The notes under the pieces are model-generated. The model was not told the origin of the DNA, ran no database searches, and worked only from the letters and a program-made list of their open reading frames with translations. A stretch of 64,000 nucleotides of DNA from Eledone cirrhosa (taxonomy: Eukaryota). Below, piece by piece: positions 30,301 through 45,260 of the stretch. Positions within the stretch are counted from its first letter, which is position 1. Each line of letters begins with the position of its first letter. Location of the stretch: NCBI GenBank assembly GCA_964016885.1, contig OZ024743.1, positions 374,666,001 to 374,730,000 on the forward strand, read 5' to 3'. A program made the position numbers and the translations under genes.

Positions 30301-30486
30301 CAATATACATCACATCTTTCTCTACAACAATAGACACTGCTACGTCATAGTCAATATACATCACATCTCTGTCCACAACAATAGACACTGCTACGTCATA
30401 GTCAATTTACATCACATCTCTGTCCACAACAATAGACACTGCTACGTCATATTCAATATACATCACATCTCTGTCTACAACAATAG
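20390..30486. repeat. Tandem duplication with a 5048-bp unit (99 monomers)
   Basis: Constant offset of 5048 for 20617/25665, 22044/27092, 22808/27856, 24079/29127 and 25107/30155. The length equals 99x51 +16 -15 -2. About 8 substitutions between copies were seen by eye. Confidence 0.92.
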
Positions 30487-30509
30487 ACACTGCTACGTCA
30501 TAGTCAATA

Positions 30510-33500
30510 TACATCACATCTCTGTCTGTGTGTCTACAACAATAGACACTGCTACGTGATAGTCAATATACATCACATCTCTGTCCACAACAATAGACAC
30601 TGCTGCGTCATAGTCAATATACATCACATCTCTGTCCACAACAATAGACACTGCTACGTCATAGTCAATATACATCACATCTCTGTCCACAACAATAGAC
30701 ACTGCTACGTCATAGTCAATTTGCATCACATCTCTGTCCACAACAATAGATACTGCTACGTCATAGTCAACATACATCACATCTCTGTCTACAACAATAG
30801 ACACTGCTACGTCATAGTCAATATACATCATATCTCTGTCCACAACAATAGACACTGCTACGTCATAGTCAATTTTCATCACATCTCTGTCCACAACAAT
30901 AGACACTGCTACGTCATAGTCAATATACATCACATCTCTGTCTACAACAATAGACACTGCTACGTCATAGTCAATATACATCACATCTCTGTCCACAACA
31001 ATAGACACTGCTACGTCATAGTCAATTTACATCACATCTCTGTCTACAACAATAGACAATGCTACGTCATAGTCAATATACATCACATCTCTGTCTACAA
31101 CAATAGACACTGCTACGTCAGAGTCAATATACATCACATCTCTGTCCACAACAATAGACACTGCTACGTCATAGTCAATATACATCACATCTCTGTCCAC
31201 AACAATAGACACTGCTACGTCATAGTCAATTTACATCACATCTCTGTCTACAACAATAGACAATGCTACGTCATAGTCAATATACATCACATCTCTGTCT
31301 ACAACAATAGACACTGCTACGTCAGAGTCAATATACATCACATCTCTGTCCACAACAATAGACACTGCTACGTCATAGTCAATATACATCACATCTCTGT
31401 CCACAACAATAGACACTGCTACATCATAGTGAATATACATCACATCTCTGTCTACAACAATAGACACTGCTACGTCATAGTCAATATACATCACATCTCT
31501 GTCCATAACAAAAGACACTGCAACGTCATCGTCAATATACATCACATCTCTGTCTAAAACAATAGACACTGCTACGTCATAGTCAATATACATCACATCT
31601 CTGTCTACAATAGACACTGCTACGTCATAGTCAATTTGCATCACATCTCTGTCCACAACAATAGACACTGCTACGTCATAGTCAATATACATCACATCTC
31701 TGTCTACAATAGACACTGCTACGTCATAGTCAATTTGCATCACATCTCTGTCTACAACAATAGACACTGCTACTTCATAGTCAATATACATCACATCTCT
31801 GTCTACAACAATAGACACTGCTACGTCATAGTCAATATACATCACATCTCTGTCCACAACAATAGGCACTGCTACGTCATAGTCAATATACATCAAATCT
31901 CTGTCTACAACAATAGACACTGCTACCTCATAGTCAATATACATCACATCTCTGTCCACAACAATAGACACTGCTACGTCATAGTCAATATACATCACAT
32001 CTCTGTCTACAACAATAGACACTGCTACGTCATAGTCAATATACATCATATCTCTGTCCACAACAATAGACACTGCTACGTCATAGTCAATTTACATCAC
32101 ATCTCTGTCCACAACAATAGACACTGCTACGTCATAGTCAATATACATCACATCTCTGTCTACAACAATAGACACTGCTACGTCATAGTCAGTATACATC
32201 ACATCTCTGTCTACAACAATAGACACTGCTACGTCATAGTCAATATACATCACATCTCTGTCCACAACAATAGACACTGCTACGTCATAGTCAATATACA
32301 TCACATCTCTGTCCACAACAATAGACACTGCTACGTCATAGTCAATATACATCACATCTCTGTCTACAACAATAGACACTGCTACGTCATAGTCAGTATA
32401 CATCACATCTCTGTCTACAACAATAGACACTGCTACGTCATAGTCAATATACATCACATCTCTGTCCACAACAATAGACACTGCTACGTCATAGTCAATA
32501 TACATCACATCTCTGTCCACAACAATAGACACTGCTACGTCATAGTCAATTTACATCACATCTCTGTCCACAACAATAGACACTGCTACGTCATAGTCAA
32601 TATACATCACATCTCTGTCTACAACAATAGACACTGCTACGTCATAGTCAATATACATCACATCTCTGTCTACAACAATAGACACTGCTGCGTCATAGTC
32701 AATTTACATCACATCTCTGTCCACAACAATAGACACTGCTACGTCATATTCAATATACATCACATCTCTGTCTACAACAATAGACACTGCTACGTCATAG
32801 TCAATTTACATCACATCTCTGTCCACAACAATAGACACTGCTACGTATAGTCAATATACATCACATCTCTGTCTACAGCAATAGACACTGCTACGTCATA
32901 GTCAATATACATCACATTTCTGTCTACAACAATAGACACTGCTACGTCATAGTCAGTATACATCACATCTTTGTCTACAACAATAGACACTGCTACGTCA
33001 TAGTCAATTTACATCACATCTCTGTCAACAACAATAGACACTGCTACGTCATAGTCAATATACATCACATCTCTGTCTACAACAATAGACACTGCTACGT
33101 CATAGTCAATATACATCACATCTCTGTCCACAACAATAGACACTGCTACGTCATAGTCAGTATACATCACATCTTTGTCTACAACAATAGACACTGCTAC
33201 GTCATAGTCAATATACATCACATCTCTGTCTACAACAATAGACACTGCTACGTCATAGTGAATATACATCACATCTCTCCACAACAATAGACACTGCTAC
33301 GTCATAGTCAATATACATCACATCTCTGTCCACAACAATAGACACTGCTACGTCATAGTCAATATACATCACATCGCTGTCCACAACAATAGACACTGCT
33401 ACATCATAGTGAATATACATCACATCTCTGTCTACAACAATAGACACTGCTACGTCATAGTCAATATACATCACATCTCTGTCCACAACAATAGACACTG

Positions 33501-36500
33501 CTACGTCATAGTCAATTTACATCACATCTCTATCCACAACAATAGACACTGCTACGTCATAGTCAATATACATCACATCTCTGTCTACAACAAAAGACAC
33601 TGCTACCTCATAGTCAATATACATCACATCTCTGTCTACAATAGACACTGCTACGTCATAGTCAATATACATCATATCTCTGTCCACAAAAATAGACACT
33701 GCTACGTCATAGTCAATTTACATCACATCTCTGTCCACAACAATAGACACTGCTACGTCATAGACAATATACATCCCATCTCTGTCCACAACAATAGACA
33801 CTGCTACGTCATAGTCAATATACATCACATCTCTATCTACAACAATAGACACTGCTACGTCATAGTCAATATACATCACATCTCTGTCTACAATAGACAC
33901 TGCTACGTCATATTCAATATACATCACATCTTTGTCTACAGCAATAGACACTGCTACGTCCTAGTCAATATACATCACATCTCTGTCTGTGTGTCTACAA
34001 CTATAGACACGGCTACGTCATAGTCAATATACATTATATCTCTATCCACAACAATAGACAGTGCTGCGTCATAGTCAATATACATCACAACTCTGTCCAC
34101 AACAATAGACACTGCTACGTCATAGTCAAATTTCATCACATCTCTCTCCACAACAATAGACACTGCTACGTCATAGTCAATATACATCACATCTCTGTCC
34201 ACAACAATAGACACTGCTACGTCATAGTCAATATACATCACATCTCTGTCTACAACAATAGACACTGCTACGTCATAGTCAATATACATCACATCTCTGT
34301 CTGTGTGTCTACAACAATAGACACTGCTACGTCATAGTCAATATACATCACATCTCTGTCCACAACAATAGACACTGCTGCGTCATAGTCAATATACATC
34401 ACATCTCTGTCCACAACAATAGAAACTGCTACGTCATAGTCAATATACATCACATCTCTGTCCACAACAATAGACACTGCTACGTCATAGTCAATATACA
34501 TCACATCTCTGTCCACAACAATAGACACTGCTACGTCATAGTCAATTTGCATCACATCTCTGTCCACAACAATAGATACTGCTACGTCATAGTCAACATA
34601 CATCACATCTCTGTCTACAACAATAGACACTGCTACGTCATAGTCAATATACATCATATCTCTGTCCACAACAATAGACACTGCTACGTCATAGTCAATT
34701 TACATCACATCTCTGTCCACAACAATAGACACTGCTACGTCATAGTCAATATACATCACATCTCTGTCTACAACAATAGACACTGCTACGTCATAGTCAA
34801 TATACATCACATCTCTGTCCACAACAATAGACACTGCTACGTCATAGTCAATATACATCACATCTCTGTCCACAACAATAGACACTGCTACGTCATAGTC
34901 AATTTACATCACATCTCTGTCTACAACAATAGACAATGCTACGTCATAGTCAATATACATCACATCTCTGTCTACAACAATAGACACTGCTACGTCAGAG
35001 TCAATATACATCACATCTCTGTCCACAACAATAGACACTGCTACGTCATAGTCAATATACATCACATCTCTGTCCACAACAATAGACACTGCTACGTCAT
35101 AGTCAATTTACATCACATCTCTGTATACAACAATAGACAATGCTACGTCATAGTCAATATACATCACATCTCTGTCTACAACAATAGACACTGCTACGTC
35201 AGAGTCAATATACATCACATCTCTGTCCACAACAATAGACACTGCTACGTCATAGTCAATATAGATCACATCTCTGTGCACAACAATAGACACTGCTACA
35301 TCATAGTGAATATACATCACATCTCTGTCTACAACAATAGACACTGCTACGTCATAGTCAATATACATCACATCTCTGTCCATAACAAAAGACACTGCAA
35401 CGTCATCGTCAATATACATCACATCTCTGTCTAAAACAATAGACACTGCTACGTCATAGTCAATATACATCACATCTCTGTCTACAATAGACACTGCTAC
35501 GTCATAGTCAATTTGCATCACATCTCTGTCCACAACAATAGACACTGCTACGTCATAGTCAATATACATCACATCTCTGTCTACAATAGACACTGCTACG
35601 TCATAGTCAATTTGCATCACATCTCTGTCTACAACAATAGACACTGCTACTTCATAGTCAATATACATCACATCTCTGTCTACAACAATAGACACTGCTA
35701 CGTCATAGTCAATATACATCACATCTCTGTCCACAACAATAGGCACTGCTACGTCATAGTCAATATACATCAAATCTCTGTCTACAACAATAGACACTGC
35801 TACCTCATAGTCAATATACATCACATCTCTGTCCACAACAATAGACACTGCTACGTCATAGTCAATATACATCACATCTCTGTCTACAACAATAGACACT
35901 GCTACGTCATAGTCAATATACATCATATCTCTGTCCACAACAATAGACACTGCTACGTCATAGTCAATTTACATCACATCTCTGTCCACAACAATAGACA
36001 CTGCTACGTCATAGTCAATATACATCACATCTCTGTCTACAACAATAGACACTGCTACGTCATAGTCAATATACATCACATCTCTGTCCACAACAATAGA
36101 CACTGCTACGTCATAGTCAATATACATCACATCTCTGTCTACAACAATAGACACTGCTACGTCATAGTCAGTATACATCACATCTCTGTCTACAACAATA
36201 GACACTGCTACGTCATAGTCAATATACATCACATCTCTGTCCACAACAATAGACACTGCTACGTCATAGTCAATATACATCACATCTCTGTCCACAACAA
36301 TAGACACTGCTACGTCATAGTCAATATACATCACATCTCTGTCTACAACAATAGACACTGCTACGTCATAGTCAGTATACATCACATCTCTGTCTACAAC
36401 AATAGACACTGCTACGTCATAGTCAATATACATCACATCTCTGTCCACAACAATAGACACTGCTACGTCATAGTCAATATACATCACATCTCTGTCCACA

Positions 36501-38330
36501 ACAATAGACACTGCTACGTCATAGTCAATTTACATCACATCTCTGTCCACAACAATAGACACTGCTACGTCATAGTCAATATACATCACATCTCTGTCTA
36601 CAACAATAGACACTGCTACGTCATAGTCAATATACATCACATCTCTGTCTACAACAATAGACACTGCTGCGTCATAGTCAATTTACATCACATCTCTGTC
36701 CACAACAATAGACACTGCTACGTCATATTCAATATACATCACATCTCTGTCTACAACAATAGACACTGCTACGTCATAGTCAATTTACATCACATCTCTG
36801 TCCACAACAATAGACGCTGCTACGTATAGTCAATATACATCACATCTCTGTCTACAGCAATAGACACTGCTACGTCATAGTCAATATACATCACATTTCT
36901 GTCTACAACAATAGACACTGCTACGTCATAGTCAGTATACATCACATCTTTGTCTACAACAATAGACACTGCTACGTCATAGTCAATTTATATCACATCT
37001 CTGTCAACAACAATAGACACTGCTACGTCATAGTCAATATACATCACATCTCTGTCTACAACAATAGATACTGCTACGTCATAGTCAATATACATCACAT
37101 CTCTGTCCACAACAATAGACACTGCTACGTCATAGTCAGTATACATCACATCTTTGTCTACAACAATAGACACTGCTACGTCATAGTCAATATACATCAC
37201 ATCTCTGTCTACAACAATAGACACTGCTACGTCATAGTGAATATACATCACATCTCTCTCCACAACAATAGACACTGCTACGTCATAGTCAATATACATC
37301 ACATCTCTGTCCACAACAATAGACACTGCTACGTCATAGTCAATATACATCACATCGCTGTCCACAACAATAGACACTGCTACATCATAGTGAATATACA
37401 TCACATCTCTGTCTACAACAATAGACACTGCTACGTCATAGTCAATATACATCACATCTCTGTCCACAACAATAGACACTGCTACGTCATAGTCAATTTA
37501 CATCACATCTCTATCCACAACAATAGACACTGCTACGTCATAGTCAATATACATCACATCTCTGTCTACAACAAAAGACACTGCTACCTCATAGTCAATA
37601 TACATCACATCTCTGTCTACAATAGACACTGCTACGTCATAGTCAATATACATCATATCTCTGTCCACAAAAATAGACACTGCTACGTCATAGTCAATTT
37701 ACATCACATCTCTGTCCACAACAATAGACACTGCTACGTCATAGTCAATATACATCCCATCTATGTCCACAACAATAGACACTGCTACGTCATAGTCAAT
37801 ATACATCACATCTCTATCTACAACAATAGACACTGCTACGTCATAGTCAATATACATCACATCTCTGTCTACAATAGACACTGCTACGTCATATTCAATA
37901 TACATCACATCTTTGTCTACAGCAATAGACACTGCTACGTCCTAGTCAATATACATCACATCTCTGTCTGTGTGTCTACAACAATAGACACGGCTACGTC
38001 ATAGTCAATATACATTATATCTCTATCCACAACAATAGACACTGCTGCGTCATAGTCAATATACATCACATCTCTGTCCACAACAATAGACACTGCTACG
38101 TCATAGTCAAATTTCATCACATCTCTCTCCACAACAATAGACACTGCTACGTCATAGTCAATATACATCACATCTCTGTCCACAACAATAGACACTGTTA
38201 CGTCATAGTCAATATACATCACATCTCTGTCTACAACAATAGACACTGCTACGTCATAGTCAATATACATCACATCTCTGTCTGTGTGTCTACAACAATA
38301 GACACTGCTACGTCATAGTCAATATACATC
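30510..38330. repeat. Tandem duplication with a 3.8-4.0-kb unit and internal monomer gains or losses
   Basis: Offsets step from 3775 (30514/34289) to 3877 (31027/34904, 31636/35513) to 3981 (33517/37498, 33975/37956), i.e. whole-monomer indels plus one 2-bp deletion at about 33275. Confidence 0.85.
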
Positions 38331-38779
38331 ACATCTCTGTCCACAACAATAGACACTGCTACGTCATAGTCAATATACATCACATCTCTGTCCACAACAA
38401 TAGACACTGCTACGTCATAGTCAATTTGCATCACATCTCTGTCCACAACAATAGATACTGCTACGTCATAGTCAACATACATCACATCTCTGTCTACAAC
38501 AATAGACACTGCTACGTCATAGTCAATATACATCATATCTCTGTCCACAACAATAGACACTGCTACGTCATAGTCAATTTACATCACATCTCTGTCCACA
38601 ACAATAGACACTGCTACGTCATAGTCAATATACATCACATCTCTGTCTACAACAATAGACACTGCTACGTCATAGTCAATATACATCACATCTCTGTCCA
38701 CAACAATAGACACTGCTACGTCATAGTCAATATACATCACATCTCTGTCCACAACAATAGACACTGCTACGTCATAGTC

Positions 38780-41700
38780 AATATACATCACATCTCTGTC
38801 CACAACAATAGACACTGCTACGTCATAGTCAATTTGCATCACATCTCTGTCCACAACAATAGATACTGCTACGTCATAGTCAACATACATCACATCTCTG
38901 TCTACAACAATAGACACTGCTACGTCATAGTCAATATACATCATATCTCTGTCCACAACAATAGACACTGCTACGTCATAGTCAATTTACATCACATCTC
39001 TGTCTACAACAATAGACACTGCTACGTCATAGTCAATATACATCACATCTCTGTCTACAACAATAGACACTGATACGTCATAGTCAGTATACATCACATC
39101 TCTGTCTACAACAATAGACACTGCTACGTCATAGTCAATATACATCACATCTCTGTCCACAACAATAGACACTGCTACGTCATAGTCAATTTACATCACA
39201 TCTCTGTCTACAACAATAGGCAATGCTACGTCATAGTCAATATACACCACATCTCTGTCCACAACAATAGACACTGCTACGTCATAGTCAATTTACATCA
39301 CATCTCTGTCCACAACAATAGACACTGCTACGTCATAGTCAATATACATCACATCTATGTCCACAACAATAGACACTGCTACGTCATAGTCAATATACAT
39401 CACATCTCTATATACAACAATAGACACTGCTACGTCAGAGTCAATATACATCACATCTCTGTCTACAATAGACACTGCTACGTCATATTCAATATACATC
39501 ACGTCTACAGCAATAGACACTGCTACGTCCTAGTCAATATACATCACATCTCTGTCTGTGTGTCTACAACAATAGACACGGCTACGTCATAGTCAATACA
39601 CATCACATCTCTGTCCACAACAATAGACACTGCTGCGTCATAGTCAATATACATCACATCTCTGTCCATAACAATAGACACAGCTACGTCATAGTCAAAT
39701 TTCATCACATCTCTCTCCACAACAATAGACACTGCGACGTCATAGTCAATATACATCACATCTCTGTCCACAACAATAGACACTGCTACGTCATAGTCAA
39801 TATACATCACATCTCTGTCCACAACAATAGACACTGCTACGTCATAGTCAATTTGCATCACATTTCTGTCTACAATAGACACTGCTACGTCATAGTCAAT
39901 ATACATCGCATCTCTGTCTACAACGATAGACACTGCTACGTCATAGTCAAGTTACATCACATCTCTGTCCACAACAATAGACACTGCTACGTCATAGTCA
40001 ATATACATCACATCTCTGTGTACAACAATAGACACTGCTACGTCATAGTCAATATACATCACATCTCTGTCTACAACAATAGACACTGCTACGTCATAGT
40101 CAATATACATCACATCTCTGTCTACAACAATAGACACTGCTACGTCATAGTCAATATACATCACATCTCTGTCCACAACAATAGACACTGCTACGTCATA
40201 GTCAATTTACATCACATCTCTGTCTACAATAAAAGACACTGCTGCGTCATAGTCAATTTACATCACATCTCTGTCCACAACAATAGACACTGCTACGTCA
40301 TATTCAATATACATCACATCTCTGTCTACAACAATAGACACTGCTACGTCATAGTCAATTTACATCACATCTCTGTCCACAACAATAGACACTGCTACGT
40401 ATAGTCAATATACATCACATCTCTGCTACAGCAATAGACACTGCTACGTCATAGTCAATATACATCACATCTCTGTCTACAACAATAGACACTGCTACGT
40501 CATAGTCAGTATACATCACATCTTTGTCTACAACAATAGACACTGCTACGTCATAGTCAATTTACATCACATCTCTGTCAACAACAATAGACACTGCTAC
40601 GTCATAGTCAATATACATCACATCTCTGTCCACAACAATAGACACTGCTACGTCATAGTCAATATACATCACATCGCTGTCCACAACAATAGACACTGCT
40701 ACATCATAGTGAATATACATCACATCTCTGTCTACAACAATAGACACTGCTACGTCATAGTCAATATACATCACATCTCTGTCCACAACAATAGACACTG
40801 CTACGTCATAGTCAATTTACATCACATCTCTATCCACAACAATAGACACTGCTACGTCATAGTCAATATACATCACATCTCTGTCTACAACAAAAGACAC
40901 TGCTACCTCATAGTCAATATACATCACATCTCTGTCTACAATAGACACTGCTACGTCATAGTCAATATACATCATATCTCTGTCCACAAAAATAGACACT
41001 GCTACGTCATAGTCAATTTACATCACATCTCTGTCCACAACAATAGACACTGCTACGTCATAGTCAATATACATCCCATCTATGTCCACAACAATAGACA
41101 CTGCTACGTCATAGTCAATATACATCACATCTCTATCTACAACAATAGACACTGCTACGTCATAGTCAATATACATCACATCTCTGTCTACAATAGACAC
41201 TGCTGCGTCATATTCAATATACATCACATCTTTGTCTACAGCAATAGACACTGCTACATCCTAGTCAATATACATCACATCTCTGTCTGTGTGTCTACAA
41301 CAATAGACACGGCTACGTCATAGTCAATATACATTATATCTCTATCCACAACAATAGACACTGCTGCGTCATAGTCAATATACATCACATCTCTGTCCAC
41401 AACAATAGACACTGCTACGTCATAGTCAAATTTCATCACATCTCTCTCCACAACAATAGACACTGCTACGTCATAGTCAATATACATCACATCTCTGTCC
41501 ACAACAATAGACACTGCTACGTCATAGTCAATATACATCACATCTCTGTCCACAACAATAGACACTGCTACGTCATAGTCAATTTGCATCACATCTCTGT
41601 CTACAATAGACACTGCTACGTCATAGTCAATATACATCACATCTCTGTCTACAACAATAGACACTGCTACGTCATAGACAATTTACATCACATCTTTCTC

Positions 41701-44700
41701 TACAACAATAGACACTGCTACGTCATAGTCAATATACATCACATCTCTGTCCACAACAATAGACACTGCTACGTCATAGTCAATTTACATCACATCTCTG
41801 TCTACAACAATAGACACTGCTACGTCATAGTCAATATACATCACATCTCTGTCTGTGTGTCTACAACAATAGACACTGCTACGTCATAGTCAATATACAT
41901 CACATCTCTGTCCACAACAATAGACACTGCTACGTCATAGTCAATATACATCACATCTCTGTCCACAACAATAGACACTGCTACGTCATAGTCAATATAC
42001 ATCACATCTCTGTCCACAACAATAGACACTGCTACGTCATAGTCAATTTGCATCACATCTCTGTCCACAACAATAGATACTGCTACGTCATAGTCAACAT
42101 ACATCACATCTCTGTCTACAACAATAGACACTGCTACGTCATAGTCAATATACATCATATCTCTGTCCACAACAATAGACACTGCTACGTCATAGTCAAT
42201 TTACATCACATCTCTGTCTACAACAATAGACACTGCTACGTCATAGTCAATATACATCACATCTCTGTCTACAACAATAGACACTGATACGTCATAGTCA
42301 GTATACATCACATCTCTGTCTACAACAATAGACACTGCTACGTCATAGTCAATATACATCACATCTCTGTCCACAACAATAGACACTGCTACGTCATAGT
42401 CAATTTACATCACATCTCTGTCTACAACAATAGGCAATGCTACGTCATAGTCAATATACACCACATCTCTGTCCACAACAATAGACACTGCTACGTCATA
42501 GTCAATTTACATCACATCTCTGTCCACAACAATAGACACTGCTACGTCATAGTCAATATACATCACATCTATGTCCACAACAATAGACACTGCTACGTCA
42601 TAGTCAATATACATCACATCTCTATATACAACAATAGACACTGCTACGTCAGAGTCAATATACATCACATCTCTGTCTACAATAGACACTGCTACGTCAT
42701 ATTCAATATACATCACGTCTACAGCAATAGACACTGCTACGTCCTAGTCAATATACATCACATCTCTGTCTGTGTGTCTACAACAATAGACACGGCTACG
42801 TCATAGTCAATACACATCACATCTCTGTCCACAACAATAGACACTGCTGCGTCATAGTCAATATACATCACATCTCTGTCCATAACAATAGACACTGCTA
42901 CGTCATAGTCAAATTTCATCACATCTCTCTCCACAACAATAGACACTGCGACGTCATAGTCAATATACATCACATCTCTGTCCACAACAATAGACACTGC
43001 TACGTCATAGTCAATATACATCACATCTCTGTCCACAACAATAGACACTGCTACGTCATAGTCAATTTGCATCACATTTCTGTCTACAATAGACACTGCT
43101 ACGTCATAGTCAATATACATCGCATCTCTGTCTACAACGATAGACACTGCTACGTCATAGTCAAGTTACATCACATCTCTGTCCACAACAATAGACACTG
43201 CTACGTCATAGTCAATATACATCACATCTCTGTGTACAACAATAGACACTGCTACGTCATAGTCAATATACATCACATCTCTGTCTACAACAATAGACAC
43301 TGCTACGTCATAGTCAATATACATCACATCTCTGTCTACAACAATAGACACTGCTACGTCATATTCAATATACATCACATCTCTGTCTACAACAATAGAC
43401 ACTGCTACGTCATAGTCAATTTACATCACATCTCTGTCCACAACAATAGACACTGCTACGTATAGTCAATATACATCACATCTCTGCTACAGCAATAGAC
43501 ACTGCTACGTCATAGTCAATATACATCACATCTCTGTCTACAACAATAGACACTGCTACGTCATAGTCAGTATACATCACATCTTTGTCTACAACAATAG
43601 ACACTGCTACGTCATAGTCAATTTACATCACATCTCTGTCAACAACAATAGACACTGCTACGTCATAGTCAATATACATCACATCTCTGTCCACAACAAT
43701 AGACACTGCAACGTCATAGTCAATATACATCACATCGCTGTCCACAACAATAGACACTGCTACATCATAGTGAATATACATCACATCTCTGTCTACAACA
43801 ATAGACACTGCTACGTCATAGTCAATATACATCACATCTCTGTCCACAACAATAGACACTGCTACGTCATAGTCAATTTACATCACATCTCTATCCACAA
43901 CAATAGACACTGCTACGTCATAGTCAATATACATCACATCTCTGTCTACAACAAAAGACACTGCTACCTCATAGTCAATATACATCACATCTCTGTCTAC
44001 AATAGACACTGCTACGTCATAGTCAATATACATCATATCTCTGTCCACAAAAATAGACACTGCTACGTCATAGTCAATTTACATCACATCTCTGTCCACA
44101 CAATAGACACTGCTACGTCATAGTCAATATACATCCCATCTATGTCCACAACAATAGACACTGCTACGTCATAGTCAATATACATCACATCTCTATCTAC
44201 AACAATAGACACTGCTACGTCATAGTCAATATACATCACATCACTGTCTACAATAGACACTGCTGCGTCATATTCAATATACATCACATCTTTGTCTACA
44301 GCAATAGACACTGCTACATCCTAGTCAATATACATCACATCTCTGTCTGTGTGTCTACAACAATAGACACGGCTACGTCATAGTCAATATACATTATATC
44401 TCTATCCACAACAATAGACACTGCTGCGTCATAGTCAATATACATCACATCTCTGTCCACAACAATAGACACTGCTACGTCATAGTCAAATTTCATCACA
44501 TCTCTCTCCACAACAATAGACACTGCTACGTCATAGTCAATATACATCACATCTCTGTCCACAACAATAGACACTGCTACGTCATAGTCAATATACATCA
44601 CATCTCTGTCCACAACAATAGACACTGCTACGTCATAGTCAATTTGCATCACATCTCTGTCTACAATAGACACTGCTACGTCATAGTCAATATACATCAC

Positions 44701-45260
44701 ATCTCTGTCTACAACAATAGACACTGCTACGTCATAGACAATTTACATCACATCTTTCTCTACAACAATAGACACTGCTACGTCATAGTCAATATACATC
44801 ACATCTCTGTCCACAACAATATACACTGCTACGTCATAGTCAATTTACATCACATCTCTGTCTACAACAATAGACACTGCTACGTCATAGTCAATATACA
44901 TCACATCTCTGTCTGTGTGTCTACAACAATAGACACTGCTACGTCATAGTCAATATACATCACATCTCTGTCCACAACAATAGACACTGCTACGTCATAG
45001 TCAATATACATCACATCTCTGTCTACAACAATAGACACTGCTACGTCATAGTCAATATACATCACATCTCTGTCCACAACAATAGACACTGCTACGTCAT
45101 AGTCAATTTGCATCACATCTCTGTCCACAACAATAGATACTGCTACGTCATAGTCAACATACATCACATCTCTGTCTACAACAATAGACACTGCTACGTC
45201 ATAGTCAATATACATCATATCTCTGTCCACAACAATAGACACTGCTACGTCATAGTCAAT
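38780..45260. repeat. Tandem duplication with a 3.06-3.21-kb unit
   Basis: Offsets are 3214 (38987/42201, 39544/42758), then 3061 (40562/43623) and 3060 (41275/44335, 41841/44901). Both copies share the rare 45-bp monomer CATCACGTCTACAGC and the CAAGTTAC variant. Confidence 0.87.

Noticed and set aside
37498-40999. Cassette spacing of 3319 bp, equal to the 3319-bp duplication at 14.7-21.4 kb
   Set aside because: The intervening variant patterns differ. Offsets cluster near multiples of 51, so the match is probably coincidental.
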